Assembly (NCBI GenBank): GCA_012295275.1
Contig: CM022672.1
Span: 14,384,001-14,448,000, forward strand
Length of the DNA: 64,000 nucleotides
Source of the DNA: Chrysomallon squamiferum
Taxonomy: Eukaryota; Animalia; Mollusca
Direction of reading: 5' to 3'
A program made the translations under genes and the position numbers. How positions within the stretch are numbered: position 1 is the stretch's first letter; every line of letters starts with the position of its first letter. The notes below the pieces were generated by a model. The model saw nothing but the letters and a program-made list of their open reading frames with translations. It searched no databases and was not told where the DNA came from. This document shows, piece by piece, positions 45,470 to 59,932 of this stretch.

Positions 45470-46041
45470 AGTCTGGGTCGTGTGCTGCATGAACCGTGTT
45501 TTAATTATCATAGTGGAAAACAGGAAAGACAGAGAGAACTGAAGAGGCTATTGGAATACCACACACACGTGTTCCACATTTATAACAACAGTAGAAAGTT
45601 TTTGCCATTCGCCGACTTGCCCCGGATACACCGGCCGAATGTGCCCTCAGTTTGTGTGTGTGTGTGTGTACATAGCGTCTCGGTACGCCTCACAGAACGA
45701 CACGCCTTTGTCAGGTAACGAGCAGTAACAATCTGGTAGTTTACAGCTTTCGTTTCGTTTAATACAGGGACACCTCGTCAAGAATGCACGCTGTTATTAC
45801 TGCTGTCCTTGGACGTGTGCTGTCAGCTGGATATTACACAACCGGCTGGGTGATAAAGCCTGATAATTCACATTCGGTGGGATAATATATGCATTGGAAA
45901 TAATATTTGAAAGTGCTTCTGAAAAAGAAAAATAAAAAAAATAATAAAAAAAAAATAATAATAATAATAAAAGATTTAAAAAGAAAGAGAAAGAGAAGAA
46001 GAAAATTCAAAAAAGGAATAATGATTAAGGAAATGAGGATT
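45470..46041 (+). promoter_or_regulatory. MAM gene promoter / 5'UTR region
   Basis: CpG-rich unique sequence (45470-45890) followed by an A-rich leader before the ATG. Confidence 0.45.
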
Positions 46042-46918
46042 ATGGCTCGTAAGTGTATTTCGTGTTTGATTTTATTTATTTTGCTTGTTCAGTGTTTGTC
46101 GCTGGAAACTACGTGTTCGTTCGACGGCGACGAATGCACCTACAACATTAAAATTCAGCAGAGGAAAGGAAAGTGCGTCGTTCACGATTTGTCGGACCAC
46201 GTTGCAGACGTCACTGCTTCGGTCAACGGCGACCGAGTCGTCAGCGACACCGAATACGACATCAGCGCCAAAATGCAGTCGATCCAGGAGACGATAGGCT
46301 CAGTGAAATCCGAGCACGAGAAGCGATTAAAAGATCTGGAGGCAGCAGTGAGACAGCTTTTAGGTCTGAAGGAGAAACCCGCGCTGCCTTTCAGTCTGAA
46401 ACCGAAGAAAGGTTACACGATTTTCGAAGACGGTCTGCTCAGCCGACTGGAGAGCGAGTTCTACAGACTGAGAGAGATGGTGAAAATGAAGGACAGGATT
46501 ATTCTGGACACTGAGATGAAACTGAACGAGTCCCAGAAACTCGCCCAGGACAAGCAGGTGGAAGCCTTCGCCCTGAACCGCCGTCTGCTGCACGCCGAGC
46601 ACAAAGTGGCTCTTCTGGAACGGGAGAGAAGGGTCCTGAAGAACCAGCTGAAAGACAAGACGTACCTGCTGCGAGGAGCGACTGCGAACGCGACAGAGTC
46701 CACCTCGAAGATAACGAGGATAGAGGAGCAGCTCCTCACTCTGGTCAGATCGGAAAACAACCTGAAGGAAGTTCTGATGACGTGTGAGCTTCTGAAAAAC
46801 CAAACCGAGGCTGAGTTGAAGGTTTACAAACACAAAGCGAACCACATCCTTGCAAAACAGAAAATCCTCAAAGGGAATCTAAGAATACGAGAACGAGAAC
46901 TCATAGACTGCTATTCAG
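46042..46918 (+). CDS. MAM-protein exon 1: signal peptide, Cys motif and long coiled coil
   Basis: Long GC-rich ORF. MARKCISCLILFILLVQCLS is signal-peptide-like, with ATTATGG context; in-frame ATGs at 46021 and 46033 are alternative starts. L/E/K/R-rich helical region; donor TCAG|GTAGGT, phase 1. Confidence 0.9.
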
Positions 46919-48152
46919 GTAGGTTTCCTATAAGTAATCTTAGTTCATTCAAACAGCAAACTAGGCTTTACAACACCATTTAAAATGCATAGAATCTTTT
47001 AACACTGCTGTTTAAAATAGACAGAGTAACCTTCAGAAATGCTGTTTATATTTTATAGAGCCAAAATTTAAAAATATTAATTAAAATGTAAACAGATAAT
47101 TTAGTGTGCTATTTAAAATATTTCATACCCATGTTCTTGATATTTTGCTGTGTGCTTTATGTTAATATCATATTTATAAAAAGTTAAGACGATGATGGTT
47201 TAGATGATGGTTATAAAGGAACGCCAGTAAGAAAACGTAAGATCACGTGAGGTACAGTTTCACTTTCAAAACGGAACCATTCAGTTTTATCAGTCTTTGT
47301 TTCAGAATACATCTACCACTGAAATATTCAATACTTTCCTCACTCCTTTAAATGCAGGGCAGTGCGTACCGCTTCGTTAATCTATAAAAGATATGTTAAT
47401 ACAGAGTATACTCACTGGAAATGTATGGTATTAGTCTTTTAACATATTGCATACAAAAAATGATAACAACTGTATAAAATATTAAAGGTTTTGATGGTCA
47501 TTATAAATGAGGAGAATTTCTACGTTTTAATAAAGTGATTAACATTTATATTACTGCGAATAACTGCGTATTTTTTTTTTAACGAGACATTTGTTTGTTA
47601 GCAGTTGTTTATTTGTGTATGTTGTTTTTCTACATCTTATCTCTCTGTTAGATCCGGGGAATCATAATTATATATCATTAAATATACAAAAGTATACAAC
47701 TGAGCCAAGTCGGGCGTTAACAATTGTTAAAAAAAAAAAAAAAAAAAAAAAAGACAAAGAGTCTTAACAATAAATACTCTACTTGAGTGACCTTTACGAA
47801 TAGCTAAAGCATGTATATGCGGGTTTTTTTATGTGTTTGTTTGTGTTTTTTAAAGATAATTGTTTCGTTTATGAAAACAAGCCTTGGAATTGGTCAGTGT
47901 AAAGTTCCTGCAGGAAGACCAGTGATTAATGACAGCAAGCAGTTTGCTTGTCGTTCTGCATTTCTCACCATCCGATTTCTGGTGGAACATGCATCATTGG
48001 TGTCAAAAAATGCAGTTTAAGTGAAATTAATGCATTTTATCGTCTATGGTTATTTATTGTTTTCTGTCTAGATGGTTTCGTTCAAGAAATTTTCCATAAT
48101 TCAATATGACTTGAGTGAAATTACTCTGGGTTTTTTTTTTTTTTTTTTCCCC

Positions 48153-48273
<121 letters not shown>

Positions 48274-48491
48274 ATTTTTTCTTTCACACTTTCTTTAAAA
48301 AAAAAAAAAAAAAAAAAAAATAAATGTGGCTACTTAATAGGGCACTATTACAGAAAAAAGTCGACACTGTTAACGCATCATTAACACGGACAGAACCTCA
48401 CCTGAATCTCGCGTCACACCCACTTCAGTCCAACTTGTCTTTATTTCCTAGATCAGTATCATCTCTCGGTTTTATCACGTATATCAAAGCA

Positions 48492-48800
48492 ATTACTTCT
48501 GTTATCTTGTCCACGTGAGAGCATCCTGACTAAGTCATGCGAGAAGAAGAATAAAAAAAAAGAAAAAAGATGGAACAGGGGACAATATGTTTGTGTGCGA
48601 GTGTCCGTGCGTGTACATGTGTGTGTGTGTGTGTGTGTGTGTGCGTGATTACTTTTGTTATCTTGTCCACGTAAGATCATCCTGTCTCAATCTTGCGAGG
48701 AGATTAAGAAAAAGAGGGGAAAAAAGGGGGACAGACAATATGTTAGTGTGTGTGTGCGTGTGCGTGTGTCTGTGCATGTGCGAGTGTCTGTGCGTCTTGG
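48492..48800. repeat. Diverged tandem duplication, period ~156 bp
   Basis: ATTACTT(C/T)TGTTATCTTGTCCACGT...CATCCTG...GACAATATGTT occurs at 48492 and 48648. Confidence 0.85.
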
Positions 48801-49174
48801 TGTTTGCGTGCATGATAGAAAAAGAAGGAGAGAGATATAATTGGAATATGACAAGAGATCCGTCCGTCTGTCAGTTTCTCTCTCTCTCATACACACAGAC
48901 ACACACACATCTTGCTATACATGTTGATACTCACATATGTCTGTATAACCATTTTTATGCGGGTATATGTGTACCAATACTACTGTATATATATATTTGT
49001 ATGTGTATGCATGCACTCATGTAGGTACAGAACATTTTCTATAATACGGCTGATAGACGATGACTGAGTCGAGATTTTCCCGCACACAAACACAATCATG
49101 TGAAAACGATATGGAAATAAGTCGTTTATTTTGCTATCATGGGATTGAGTTAAACTAATATTTTCCAGCTGTAA

Positions 49175-49211
<37 letters not shown>

Positions 49212-49883
49212 CCCCTAATATATTATTATGTGCAGAAGTCGCTTTGTTCAAAGATTCCTGTTTCAGAAGCAAGTAACCGATCTCCGAGGCCTCTGCGCAA
49301 AGAGGCAAAGGAAAAAGAGCCGAAAAGGAAAAATAAAACTAAGTTTATCAATCTGCTGGTAATGTAGCGTTTCGTTGCTTGCGGAAACACCCGATAAACA
49401 ATATTACTCTTTATCAAAAGATTTTCGTAAATATTCCGCTTTTCGTAATTTTTTTTTTTTTTTTTTTTTACCTCCATGCTTGTCTAATCCAAAAAAAAAA
49501 AAAAAAAGAGAATAATTTATGTACAAAACGGTTGAGTGTTACGCTAATAGCTGGCTCAAACTTTGAAATAAAATGAAACGAGTCGTGATGTTTCTCTCAC
49601 ACGTAGAGAAATAAAAATGCTCAGAGTGTGTGATTTATGTCCGACATGTGTGAAATATTAATGTTAAATAAACAATACGGCATTCTTCTTTTTTAAAAAC
49701 ATCTCTGACACTGATTCGGAGACGTGAAAGCCAATGCAGATCTTACTGTATCACCGGCTTCACAGAAATGTGAGCTCCAGTCGGAGATGTCATAGCGCAC
49801 ACTGTAACAGACTCAGTCCGTTTAGGACTTTTTCCTAATAAAGTCACTGTCCCACTATCGTTATTGTTGTTATTATTATTATA

Positions 49884-49918
<35 letters not shown>

Positions 49919-50119
49919 CATCATCATTATCACATTATTATTATTATCATCATCACATTATTATTATTATTTTATTATTATTATTAATAGCATCATGATC
50001 ATATTATTATTAATATTGTTCTTGTTTTTATCATCATCATCATCATCATCATCATCACATTATTGTTATTATTATTGTTGTTGTTAATGTTATTATCATC
50101 ATCATCATATTATTATTAT

Positions 50120-50241
50120 GATTATTAAAGTTATTATGAGTTTTGCCATCTGTGGGAGGGTTCATATCAAACCTTCCCTTGCTTTGTCTTTTATTATAGT
50201 ATTCACATCGTTACATACCCTGTTCATACCTCTCTACTTAT

Positions 50242-50242
<1 letters not shown>
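50120..50242 (-). repeat. Dispersed repeat, copy 2
   Basis: GGAGGGTTCATATCAAACCTTCCCTTG ... TACATACCCTGTTCATAC is the reverse complement of blocks in copy 1. Confidence 0.85.
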
Positions 50243-50272
<30 letters not shown>

Positions 50273-51232
50273 ATCATATACATATATGTATCAATATTAA
50301 TATATATACATTAATACGTACATACATACATACATATATACATACATACAGTATAACTATATATGCTATTTTAATGTCATTTGTATCACCTGACACAAGT
50401 ATACATCCACATTGACTATTGTGTATATTTTCCCCGTAATCATTTGGTGAAAATATTCCTAAGCTTTAATTTTAGATTTTTATGAATCACTGAAGTTTTA
50501 ATTTTAGGCTGATCTTTTGTGTGCTATCACAGATGAAAAAAGATAAACAGTTCTCGCGTTTCATACAATCTCACGCACCGACGCACCCCAACTGCTTCTC
50601 CTTTGTGCGTTACTTAGTCTGTAGTATTTAATCTCATTTCGCTACAATTTCGTAGATTCGTTATTGCAGTGAACAGTCGACTACCCACCTTGAACTGTTC
50701 ATTTTCCTCTGTCAGTTTCGCATGAAGTATGAACTGATACACAAAAGACGTATTTTCTGTCCCACAATCCACGGCTGGGGTTATTAATATTCATATCAGC
50801 CACCCTTTACATGCTGTTAATGATGAACAAGTGTGGGTATTATTATTATTATTATTATTTTTTTTTTTTTTTTGTTCGGCCCCCAAGAATCTGTAAATAG
50901 TTTTTTTTTTTTTACGCAGGTTATCATGCTCTAAGTCGGATCTAATGTCAAGGTCAGATTAATAAAGAGTTTAAATAAGAGTGGTACACAAAACTCTAGC
51001 TTGATTTGATATGTAACAGTAAATATGTATGAACCTATCATTTATACTGTGTGTATGTATGTATGTTTGTGTGTGTGTGTGTCTGTGTGTCTGTGTGTAC
51101 GTGCGTGTCTCTTTGTTTATGAATATATGCGTTTGTCTGTTTGTAGTCACTGGATTTAGCTTAGTTCTGTTAACCATGTGAATGACTGTATCAGCGTGTA
51201 TTATAAACATTTTGAATGGAACATGTCTTACT

Positions 51233-51354
<122 letters not shown>

Positions 51355-52944
51355 TCTGTCGATCTCACCCACACACACACACAAACACATGATGTTGGAA
51401 TGGAGTAATCGGGTTAATGCTGAAACTATGTTATTAACAGATGTCTTTAAAATAAAACAAATATTTGTACTAAAACGGAGCTTTGAATCTTCCTGTTATC
51501 CCGGAAACAACCATTGTCGGTAAAACTTTTTCTTTTTATTGCATTCAGATTTTGATATATATCAATATAAATAAAACAACAACAACAACAAACATATAAA
51601 AGAAGAAGAAGAAGTAATCCATTCACCTACATCACAGAAAAAAGAAAAAGAAAAAGAAATTAATTAATTAACATTTGTTTGTTTTGTTTTTTTTTTTATT
51701 CAAGTTGTGTGTGTGGTTTATAAAAATCATTTTTATTATTCTTTTTTTCTTTCTTTCTTTTTATGTATTTAAGAAAGTTTTTAAAATAGCAGAACTGAAT
51801 AGACAACATCTTTGATGTTAAAAGAAATTTACTTTACAGGGTTTATTTTGTTGCTAGATTCAAAGAATAGAAATGTATATTTCTAAAAACCTCTTTTTTC
51901 ATAGTATTGGTCCCGCGTGTGTTTTTCTGTTTTAGATCATAAACTGAAGATTCTTAGTGCAATTTTTTTTTTTTTTTTTTTTTTAAGTTCTTTAACTTTC
52001 TTTGAAGAAAGTTTTTGCATTTGAAAGACAATAACAAAAACTGTTTTAAATTAAAAATATTTTTTTGAGAAAAATATATATTACGGTTATTTTCTTCTTA
52101 GACACGTTTTTGCATTTTTTTTTTCATTCTAAATAACAGCAAGACACAGAGAGAGTGAGAGGGAATGAGAGGGAATGAGAGAGAGCGAGAGAAAGAGAGA
52201 AAGTCGAAGAAACCGAAAAGAGAGTAAAACAGAGTGAATAATAAATATGATACACACGCAAATAATAACAATACTACTACTAATAATAAATAAATAAATA
52301 AATAAATAAATTAACACCATAAAGTAAACAAGTAAGTAACAAATAAGTATATAAAGAAATGATTTAATTTGGTTAAGAAAGAAGCATCTGTATTAAAATA
52401 TACATATGGATACGCACGCCCACACGAAAGTATTTTCCAAGAACAGTAGAAATCTTTTCTCCTTTGCTCGGTAACAAAACTTTGTATTCCGAGATCTTGA
52501 TGTTATGCCTTTTGTTATCTGTGGTCCAGAATTTCTTAATATCATAGAGTTTTTCCTTTTTTCTTTCTTTCTTTCCTTCTTCTTCTTCTTCATATTGTTT
52601 TAAAGAATAACTTTTGACTCTAAATGTTAAGATATTACGAAACATCTTTAGCATAATTTTTTTTTTTATCTAATACATAACGACTGTATATCAAATATTA
52701 TAATCTAACACCAAGTGATATCGATACTGTAGAATGTACTGGAATATTTACGTGATTACGTATTTCAGTTTTAAAAAAAAAAAAAAAAAAAAAAAAATGA
52801 CATTAACAGTGAATTATGTCATTGAGGTTTTGCTGGATCCACAACGGAAATGCAACTAAATTATCATGAAAGTGAAAAAAAATATACGTATTTTTCAAAA
52901 TAGTTTAAAAAATGTTTTACTATGAAAACTAAAATCCAAAGAGA

Positions 52945-52984
<40 letters not shown>

Positions 52985-53253
52985 TATAATAAAATTGAAA
53001 TTTCGTAATATGATGCATTATTATATTGCCCGGTTATTCTGTTTTGTATTATATTATATTATATTATATTATATTATATTATATTATATTATATTATATT
53101 ATATTATATTATATTATGTTATATTATATTATATTAAATATATATGACATTAGATTATGTAACATCATATCATATATCATCATATCATACAATATTATCT
53201 CATATCATATTAATAGCATATCATATAATATTATTTATCATTCTATATTTCAG

Positions 53254-53412
53254 CTAAAACGCAGTCTTTTTGTGGATTTGAGGATCCAAACATCTGCGGC
53301 TTCACCCAAGAAAAATACACGGACTTCTTCGACTGGATTCGGGTCAAAGGTGAAACTCCCTCGGGAAACACCGGTCCAGGAAATGGTGACCACACGTGTG
53401 GAACAAAGACGG
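53254..53412 (+). CDS. MAM-protein exon 2 (AKTQSFCGFEDPNICGFTQ...FDWIR...NTGPGNGDHTCGTKT)
   Basis: atttcag acceptor, G|GTATAA donor; MAM motifs CxFE...CG, DW, TGP..DHT. Confidence 0.92.
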
Positions 53413-54256
53413 GTATAAACCAGTTTAACTGTATCTGTACATTCACACGAGAATATGTCGATTCCCCGTGTAACAACCACAACAACAACAATAATATATA
53501 TATTTTTTTTTTTCAGTTTTGTTTGTGTGTGTGTGTGGGTGTGTGTAATAATAATAATAATAATAACAATAATAATAATAACAATAATAACAATAATAAT
53601 AATATCAACAACAACAACAAACAACAACAAACAAACAAACAAACAAACAAAAATAAATAAAAATAAAAATAATGGATTTGGCGGGTTATTTCCCATTCTA
53701 GTCAATGCCCCATGATAGATTTAACAGATACAAACGATTTGGATGATTTTCCTGTCTATTTTAATAAAGGACAATACAAAAGACAACTCGATTCTTAAAC
53801 TCAAACCTACCGATCATTTCCACAGACTGGTAACACATACATTTCAAACAGATACAAAAACTTTAGAACCTTCAATTTTACGAGTGTAAATTTTGATTAA
53901 ATATCACCACAGACAAACAAACACACCATAGAAAGAAAAAAAAAACATACTGGTGAACTATTCATGTTTTTAAAAAAATGAAGGAGATTTACACTGAGTC
54001 TGTGAAAAATAGGAAAGGCCGCATCGCTTAAAGAAAGAAATTAATTTAAATGGTTTTGTGTATACAGAGATAAATTAATTCACTATGTAGGTCACACCAT
54101 TTTGAGTTAGAAATTAATTTTCTTTTAGCAGTCTGCAGTAAATTTCCATTTCATGCCACATAATATGAAGGTACTTTATATGTACTTACTATTATTATTA
54201 TTATTGTTGTTTTTTGCCATCGTTATTACTGTTATAAATATTATTATTATTATAAA

Positions 54257-54293
<37 letters not shown>

Positions 54294-54524
54294 AAAATTA
54301 TGATTATTATTGTTGTTGTTGCCATTGTTATTACTATTACAAATATTTATTATTATTATTGTTATTATTATTGTTATTATTATTACTTGTGATCATACTG
54401 TTGTGTTGTTATTATTGTTATTATTATTATTATTTATGATGTTTCTGTTGTGTGTTTGTTGTTGTTGTTATTATTATTATTGTTTATGCTGTTGTGTTGT
54501 TGTTGTTATTGTATTATTTTACAG

Positions 54525-54676
54525 GTCACTTCATGTACATCGAGGCGTCAGCAAAAGGACGCGGTAACAACGCCATCATGTACTCCCCCCTCTACCGCGG
54601 CATGGAGGAACAATGCATCGCCTTTTTCTACAACATGAACGGCCGCAATGTCGGCACCCTCAACGTCTATGCAAAG
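54525..54676 (+). CDS. MAM-protein exon 3 (GHFMYIEAS...SP...CIAFFYNMNGRNVGTLNVYAK)
   Basis: ttttacag acceptor, AAG|GTCGGT donor; MAM motifs G.YMYIEAS and C..F.Y.M.G..VG.LNVY. Confidence 0.94.
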
Positions 54677-54856
54677 GTCGGTGACATTAGCAACGTAATC
54701 ACTGTGTGTACGTGCGCATTATATATATATATGCATGTATATATGTATATATGTAAATATATATGTATATACGTGTATGTGTGTGTGTATGTATAATTAT
54801 ATGTATGTGTGTCTGCATCTGTGATTACATACAAACATGTATACAGGGAGGCAGAT

Positions 54857-54971
<115 letters not shown>

Positions 54972-56017
54972 AAATGCAGAAATACACTGCGGACTACATG
55001 TGTGGAAATCACCCTCCACGCTATTTTCTTGACTCCTTCTCTCTTCGCGGTTTTCTTACACAATTTGATAATCACAACTGTAACTATTTATAAGCTTTCT
55101 TTTTTTCCACCTCTAACGTAATGAATCCGTCACGTAATACCCTGACCACAGCCAGACTACAGATAGTAAAAATATAACCTTACAGCGATAAGTTACGCGT
55201 ATTAAAAACCTTTCCTTAATCCTTTCTCACAAACTGTGTTAAACGAGACGACCGGCACGCAACGTTTAGGATAAATTCGCTATAAAAAAGCTGATAGAAA
55301 TGATCTCTGATGAGATATCGCTTCTTAAATGTGTACAGACAGAGACTGGTGGTTTTGTCAGCGACTGAGGGAAGTTAATCTCGTAAACCAGGCAACCTAA
55401 ACGCACCTACTCTGAATGGGAATTTCATATAGCAGGACTGCTGATTTCTCGAAAATAAAGATAATGATATTATTTCCTTTTGACCTCGATATTAAACAAA
55501 CTAATTTGCCGTTTCAGGATTTTTTTTTTTTTTTTTTTTTAAATTCAGATCTGTTATTAGTTTTGGCAAAGTGCCTAATTATACAGTTTCCAGGTACAGA
55601 ATAAAAAAAGTTTATCTCAGTAAATATACAATATTTATATATATATATATAACATTGTCTTGCTATGATAATAAATACATTTTTAAATATTTATTCGAAA
55701 AAACTCTGAGCAAGGTGGTATGCGTGTGAAAAATTAAATTGGCCGCTGATGCTGAACGCCTCGTAATGAAATTCCTCAGTCTTTAAACAGTTTTCATTAA
55801 GTCAGATAACTGAGTATTTTCTGATTTTATCAGAGTGTTGGAAAATAACGAAATTTTACAAAATCGACACTGGAGTGGGTTTCTAATACTTCAGATAATT
55901 TAACATTATATAATCAGAGTGTAAACACACAAGGTACGGAACTTAAATAAATAACAAGCGCAGCCAACCAACCTGAAAATAACGTCTTTGAATTGTAAAT
56001 GTGGTAATTCCTTGCAG

Positions 56018-56128
56018 GCCCGAGGTGCGGAGCTGTTTTCAGTGTGGAGGGCATATGGTAACCAAGGAGACGTGTGGTCGGAAGCTCGACTTGGAATACC
56101 GAAGGAACTGGCTAGAGCGGGATATCAG
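56018..56128 (+). CDS. MAM-protein exon 4 (ARGAELFSVWRAYGNQGDVWSEARLGIPKELARAGYQ)
   Basis: ccttgcag acceptor, CAG|GTAAAT donor, 111 nt, phase 0/0; MAM motif W...GNQG..W. Confidence 0.93.
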
Positions 56129-56141
56129 GTAAATAATAAAA

Positions 56142-56183
<42 letters not shown>

Positions 56184-56477
56184 TAATTAAAAACCCAGTC
56201 ATAATGATGATGACAATGATAGCAGAGGTGGTAGTAGTTTCAATAGCAGTAGTTGTGGTAGTATCGGTAGTAGTAGTAGTAGTAGCAGTAATACTAATTG
56301 TAGTAATAATGGTGGTGATGATAACAGCAGTAGTGGTACTGATAGTAATAAGAGTGATAGCATCAGAAGCACTAAAAATCGCGGTGATAGCAAAAAACAC
56401 GAGTAACAATAACGGTACACGAGGTGGTAATATTTTTCGCAAAAAAATCGAATCAAATGTTAATGTTTCGATTTCAG

Positions 56478-56777
56478 ATCGCATTCGAAGGGATTACGGA
56501 AAGTGGTTACCAAGGAGATATCTCTATCGATGACATATCGGTCACGAGCGGGCACTGCAAAGTGGACAGCGTCATCAAGTCTGTGCGGGTGGCGCTCAAC
56601 ACGACTATTCTCGAAAAGGCCAGCAAGTCTTTCGCGCGGAAAATCAAACGAGGCAGTCGCCGTTCTCGTAAACGTCAAAAAGCTAAGACGCCAGCGCTGG
56701 CGAAGACAACAGCACGGATGACGACGACAAGCACACCAACGCCGAAGACTCCACAACAGAGACGTGCAAACAACTAG
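56478..56777 (+). CDS. MAM-protein exon 5 (IAFEG...GDISIDDISVTSGHC, then a basic, Thr-rich tail and stop)
   Basis: atttcag acceptor; MAM C-terminal signature FEG....GDIxIDDI....G.C; TAG at 56775-56777. Confidence 0.93.
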   Translation: MAFEGITESGYQGDISIDDISVTSGHCKVDSVIKSVRVALNTTILEKASKSFARKIKRGSRRSRKRQKAKTPALAKTTARMTTTSTPTPKTPQQRRANN

Positions 56778-56972
56778 GCCGAGAGCCCAGATTCGTGAAG
56801 AAATTCATTATTTGTCACTGGAAGCTTTATGGAAAAAGGGTGGTGGTGTTAGTTGTTTATTGGGGAGGTCGTTAACACCTTTGGCAACATCAGTTAGTCA
56901 GTTTGAATGTTTGCGACTAAGGGGACTGAGCATTACCCACGTTTCCGTATAACTTTGGGACGGAGTGCAGAT

Positions 56973-56978
56973 AATAAA
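56973..56978 (+). terminator. Candidate polyadenylation signal of the MAM gene
   Basis: First AATAAA after the stop, ~200 nt downstream. The hexamer is common in AT-rich DNA, so a longer UTR is possible. Confidence 0.3.
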
Positions 56979-57416
56979 GACAGGGCGAATCGGCTTATTT
57001 CTATATCTGTGGAAAGTGATTTTTACTTGTAATCACGGATATAAATCTCAAAGTTAAAAACAAAGCACAAAATTAAACTGTCTTTTTACGTTATCAGTTG
57101 TGTTCTAGCAGAGAATGTGAAGAAAACCTCAACTAATGGATTCTCTTAGTAATTTCAGCACTGACAGTTCTTAATATGTTTTATATACATGAGGGTAAAA
57201 ATTGTTACCTTGACACGGCTATACGTATAAGCCTTTAGAATAGGTTAAGCCTGATCGTTTTTCGTGGCTTAAATTATTATTGTTATTTAAAATATATTTG
57301 TAATTTCATTTGTACTGTGTTGAATGTTATTAGATTTTAGTTCAGAGATGAAACTGTAACCGTTTCGTTTTGTAAATATTGTATAGTATACATAGGAAAA
57401 TGCATTAAAAAGTTAC

Positions 57417-57508
<92 letters not shown>

Positions 57509-58285
57509 GTCCTGTCTGTCCCTGCGTCCCTCCCTCTGTCGCTTTCTCTCTCAGGGTTTTCCAAGGCTTATATGAACCGGTTCACTGATGCTGGATAACT
57601 CGTAGACTGAACTATTTACGTATTTGTATTTCTCTGTAACTGGTCACTTGTTCGAGAATTCGAACACACATGAGGTTCAAAATTGTAAAATCCTAATTTG
57701 TGTAGTGAGTATAAAATATTTCAAATCATTATAAACACACGCTTGAATAGTACCTTTAAGTAAAAGATATATAAGAGCGACCACAAACATCTATCTGTAA
57801 CGAAAAAGAAAAAGAAAAAAAAAAATTATTCAGTTTCATCTAATAGCTCTGATGTAGCGAAACATGTAATATATTTTATACATTATTATATATAATTAGC
57901 TCAGGGTAATTTTGCTTAGTTCATTTTCTATAGAGCTTACTCTAGAGTGATATTTTAAAAGGTTCTGTATCTTTTTATATTTTACAGCTATTAAACACGT
58001 TGAATTCTTTTCATCTTTTTATCAGGTTTGTCATCTTTTATGTAAGTCTCCTTTTCAAAACAAGCAATGAAAATGGTACAGTAATGTATTTTTTTGTAAG
58101 GATAGCGTTTAACAGCATTCATTAAAGGCTGTTGGCTGTGAAATGAGTTAGTTGAGACAAACACACAAACACACACCACAAATATTCAGAAAATGAAACA
58201 CAAACATACACAGATATACAAATACACTCATATGCATACGTACACATATAAATTCAGTGATTGAATGCACGGGTTTGTGTATTAC

Positions 58286-58386
<101 letters not shown>

Positions 58387-58424
58387 TTAGGCAGGCACAC
58401 GGATGAAGAGATAGCGTGACAGAA

Positions 58425-58455
<31 letters not shown>

Positions 58456-59857
58456 GAGGTATACAAAAAGTCATCATCATAAACTTTAAAACAGTTTCAA
58501 AATTTCTCTATCTTCGTACCATCATGAAACGCTTCATGCTTGTCTGTACGAAATAACAAAGATCAAAGTGAAAATATCGTTCTCCGCACATCTTCACAAT
58601 CTTATTGCTTCACTATTAGCAAATAATTTTCGTAAGGACAAATACAGCGTTAAGTTTGAAAAGGTATCTGGGTCATATGTACGTAGCATCATCGCTACTT
58701 GGGAAGGCTGTATGAAGTAACGTGGTAATTTGTATTTGCACATCAAACAGTGAAAACGACAGCTACACACACACGTACCAGTCTGACAACGTTCCCGTGT
58801 GAAAGAAGTGTCCGATGATTTACTCAGTGAAGCATTAATGCATATGTCATTCTATAAGGAAACCGTCTGGGTTTTTATCTTTTTTTAATTAATAAATCGT
58901 TGACATTTTTCTTTCCTTTTTGTTTGTTTGTTTCTTATTTATTTATGTGGGTTTATTTATTTAAATATATATTTATTTATGTATGTATGCATTATTTATT
59001 TATTTATTTATTTATTATTTGTAGACGGTTTATATATTCCTTCATTATTAACTAAATTATGTAATGATTATATTATATTTTTCTGATCTCCTTTAAAAAA
59101 TAATATAATAATACCAAAATCTGTTTGTGTATGTGTATGTGTCTGTGTGTATGTGTGTACATACATACATACAAATGTATTTACACACTGGACACACAAC
59201 ACACACACACACACATATATATACAAAGTCATATATATATATATTCTATGTGTTTGAGTATGTGCATACGAACATGCATTTTGATAAGAAAAAACCATCC
59301 CGACACCAAAGATGCGTGAAAATGTTGTCTGACTGGTGCCTGAGACAGAAAACGAGTCTTGTGAGTGTTTCTCACTTTGAAATTAAAAGTGTCGCTGGTG
59401 TAGATGCTCATTTATTTCGTACACGGAACTGTGGGCGATTTGTGACAAACGACGACGTTACGTCACAGAAATGTGAATAGTGTGAGATCGCTGCTGAAGC
59501 ACTTTGAAATCATTTATCTCTCAGTCTATCTCTCTGTCTGTCTGTCTGCCTAGCTCTCTGTCTGTTTGTCTGTCTATCTACCTACTTAAACAATTTCCTA
59601 CCTTTCTCTCTCTGTCTGTCTCTCTCTGTGATCACGTGAGCACATTTTCCATTAGCTAGCAGATTTCGGTTATTTCCATTAAATTATATTTATTAAGAAA
59701 TCATTGGTGAAAAACAAAACATCTTACTGCTGATCTGCATTTGTTGTGCAAGGAGCTGAATAAATAAAGTACAAAAATTAATGCTACCGACTTTTACAGT
59801 TTCATTGCTTTCAGTCACCTAGAACACAGCGTAAAGATCATTAAGAAGACTTCTTTG

Positions 59858-59932
<75 letters not shown>

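Noticed and set aside
29706-45730. Exact 13-mer ACGAGCAGTAACA shared by 29706 and 45718
   Set aside because: Matches of this length are expected by chance in 64 kb.
45907-46041. N-terminal extension of the 358-aa ORF from a TTG start
   Set aside because: A-rich low-complexity leader; the signal peptide implies a start at or near 46042. The ORF tail after 46918 is intron read-through.
46085-46845. Overlapping and antisense ORFs (46085, 46173, 46360, 46461)
   Set aside because: Shadows of a GC-rich coding exon with no independent evidence.
57650-57667. Hairpin TGTTCGA-GAAT-TCGAACA as a heat-shock element
   Set aside because: Only 7-bp arms, and the spacing does not give three proper nGAAn units.
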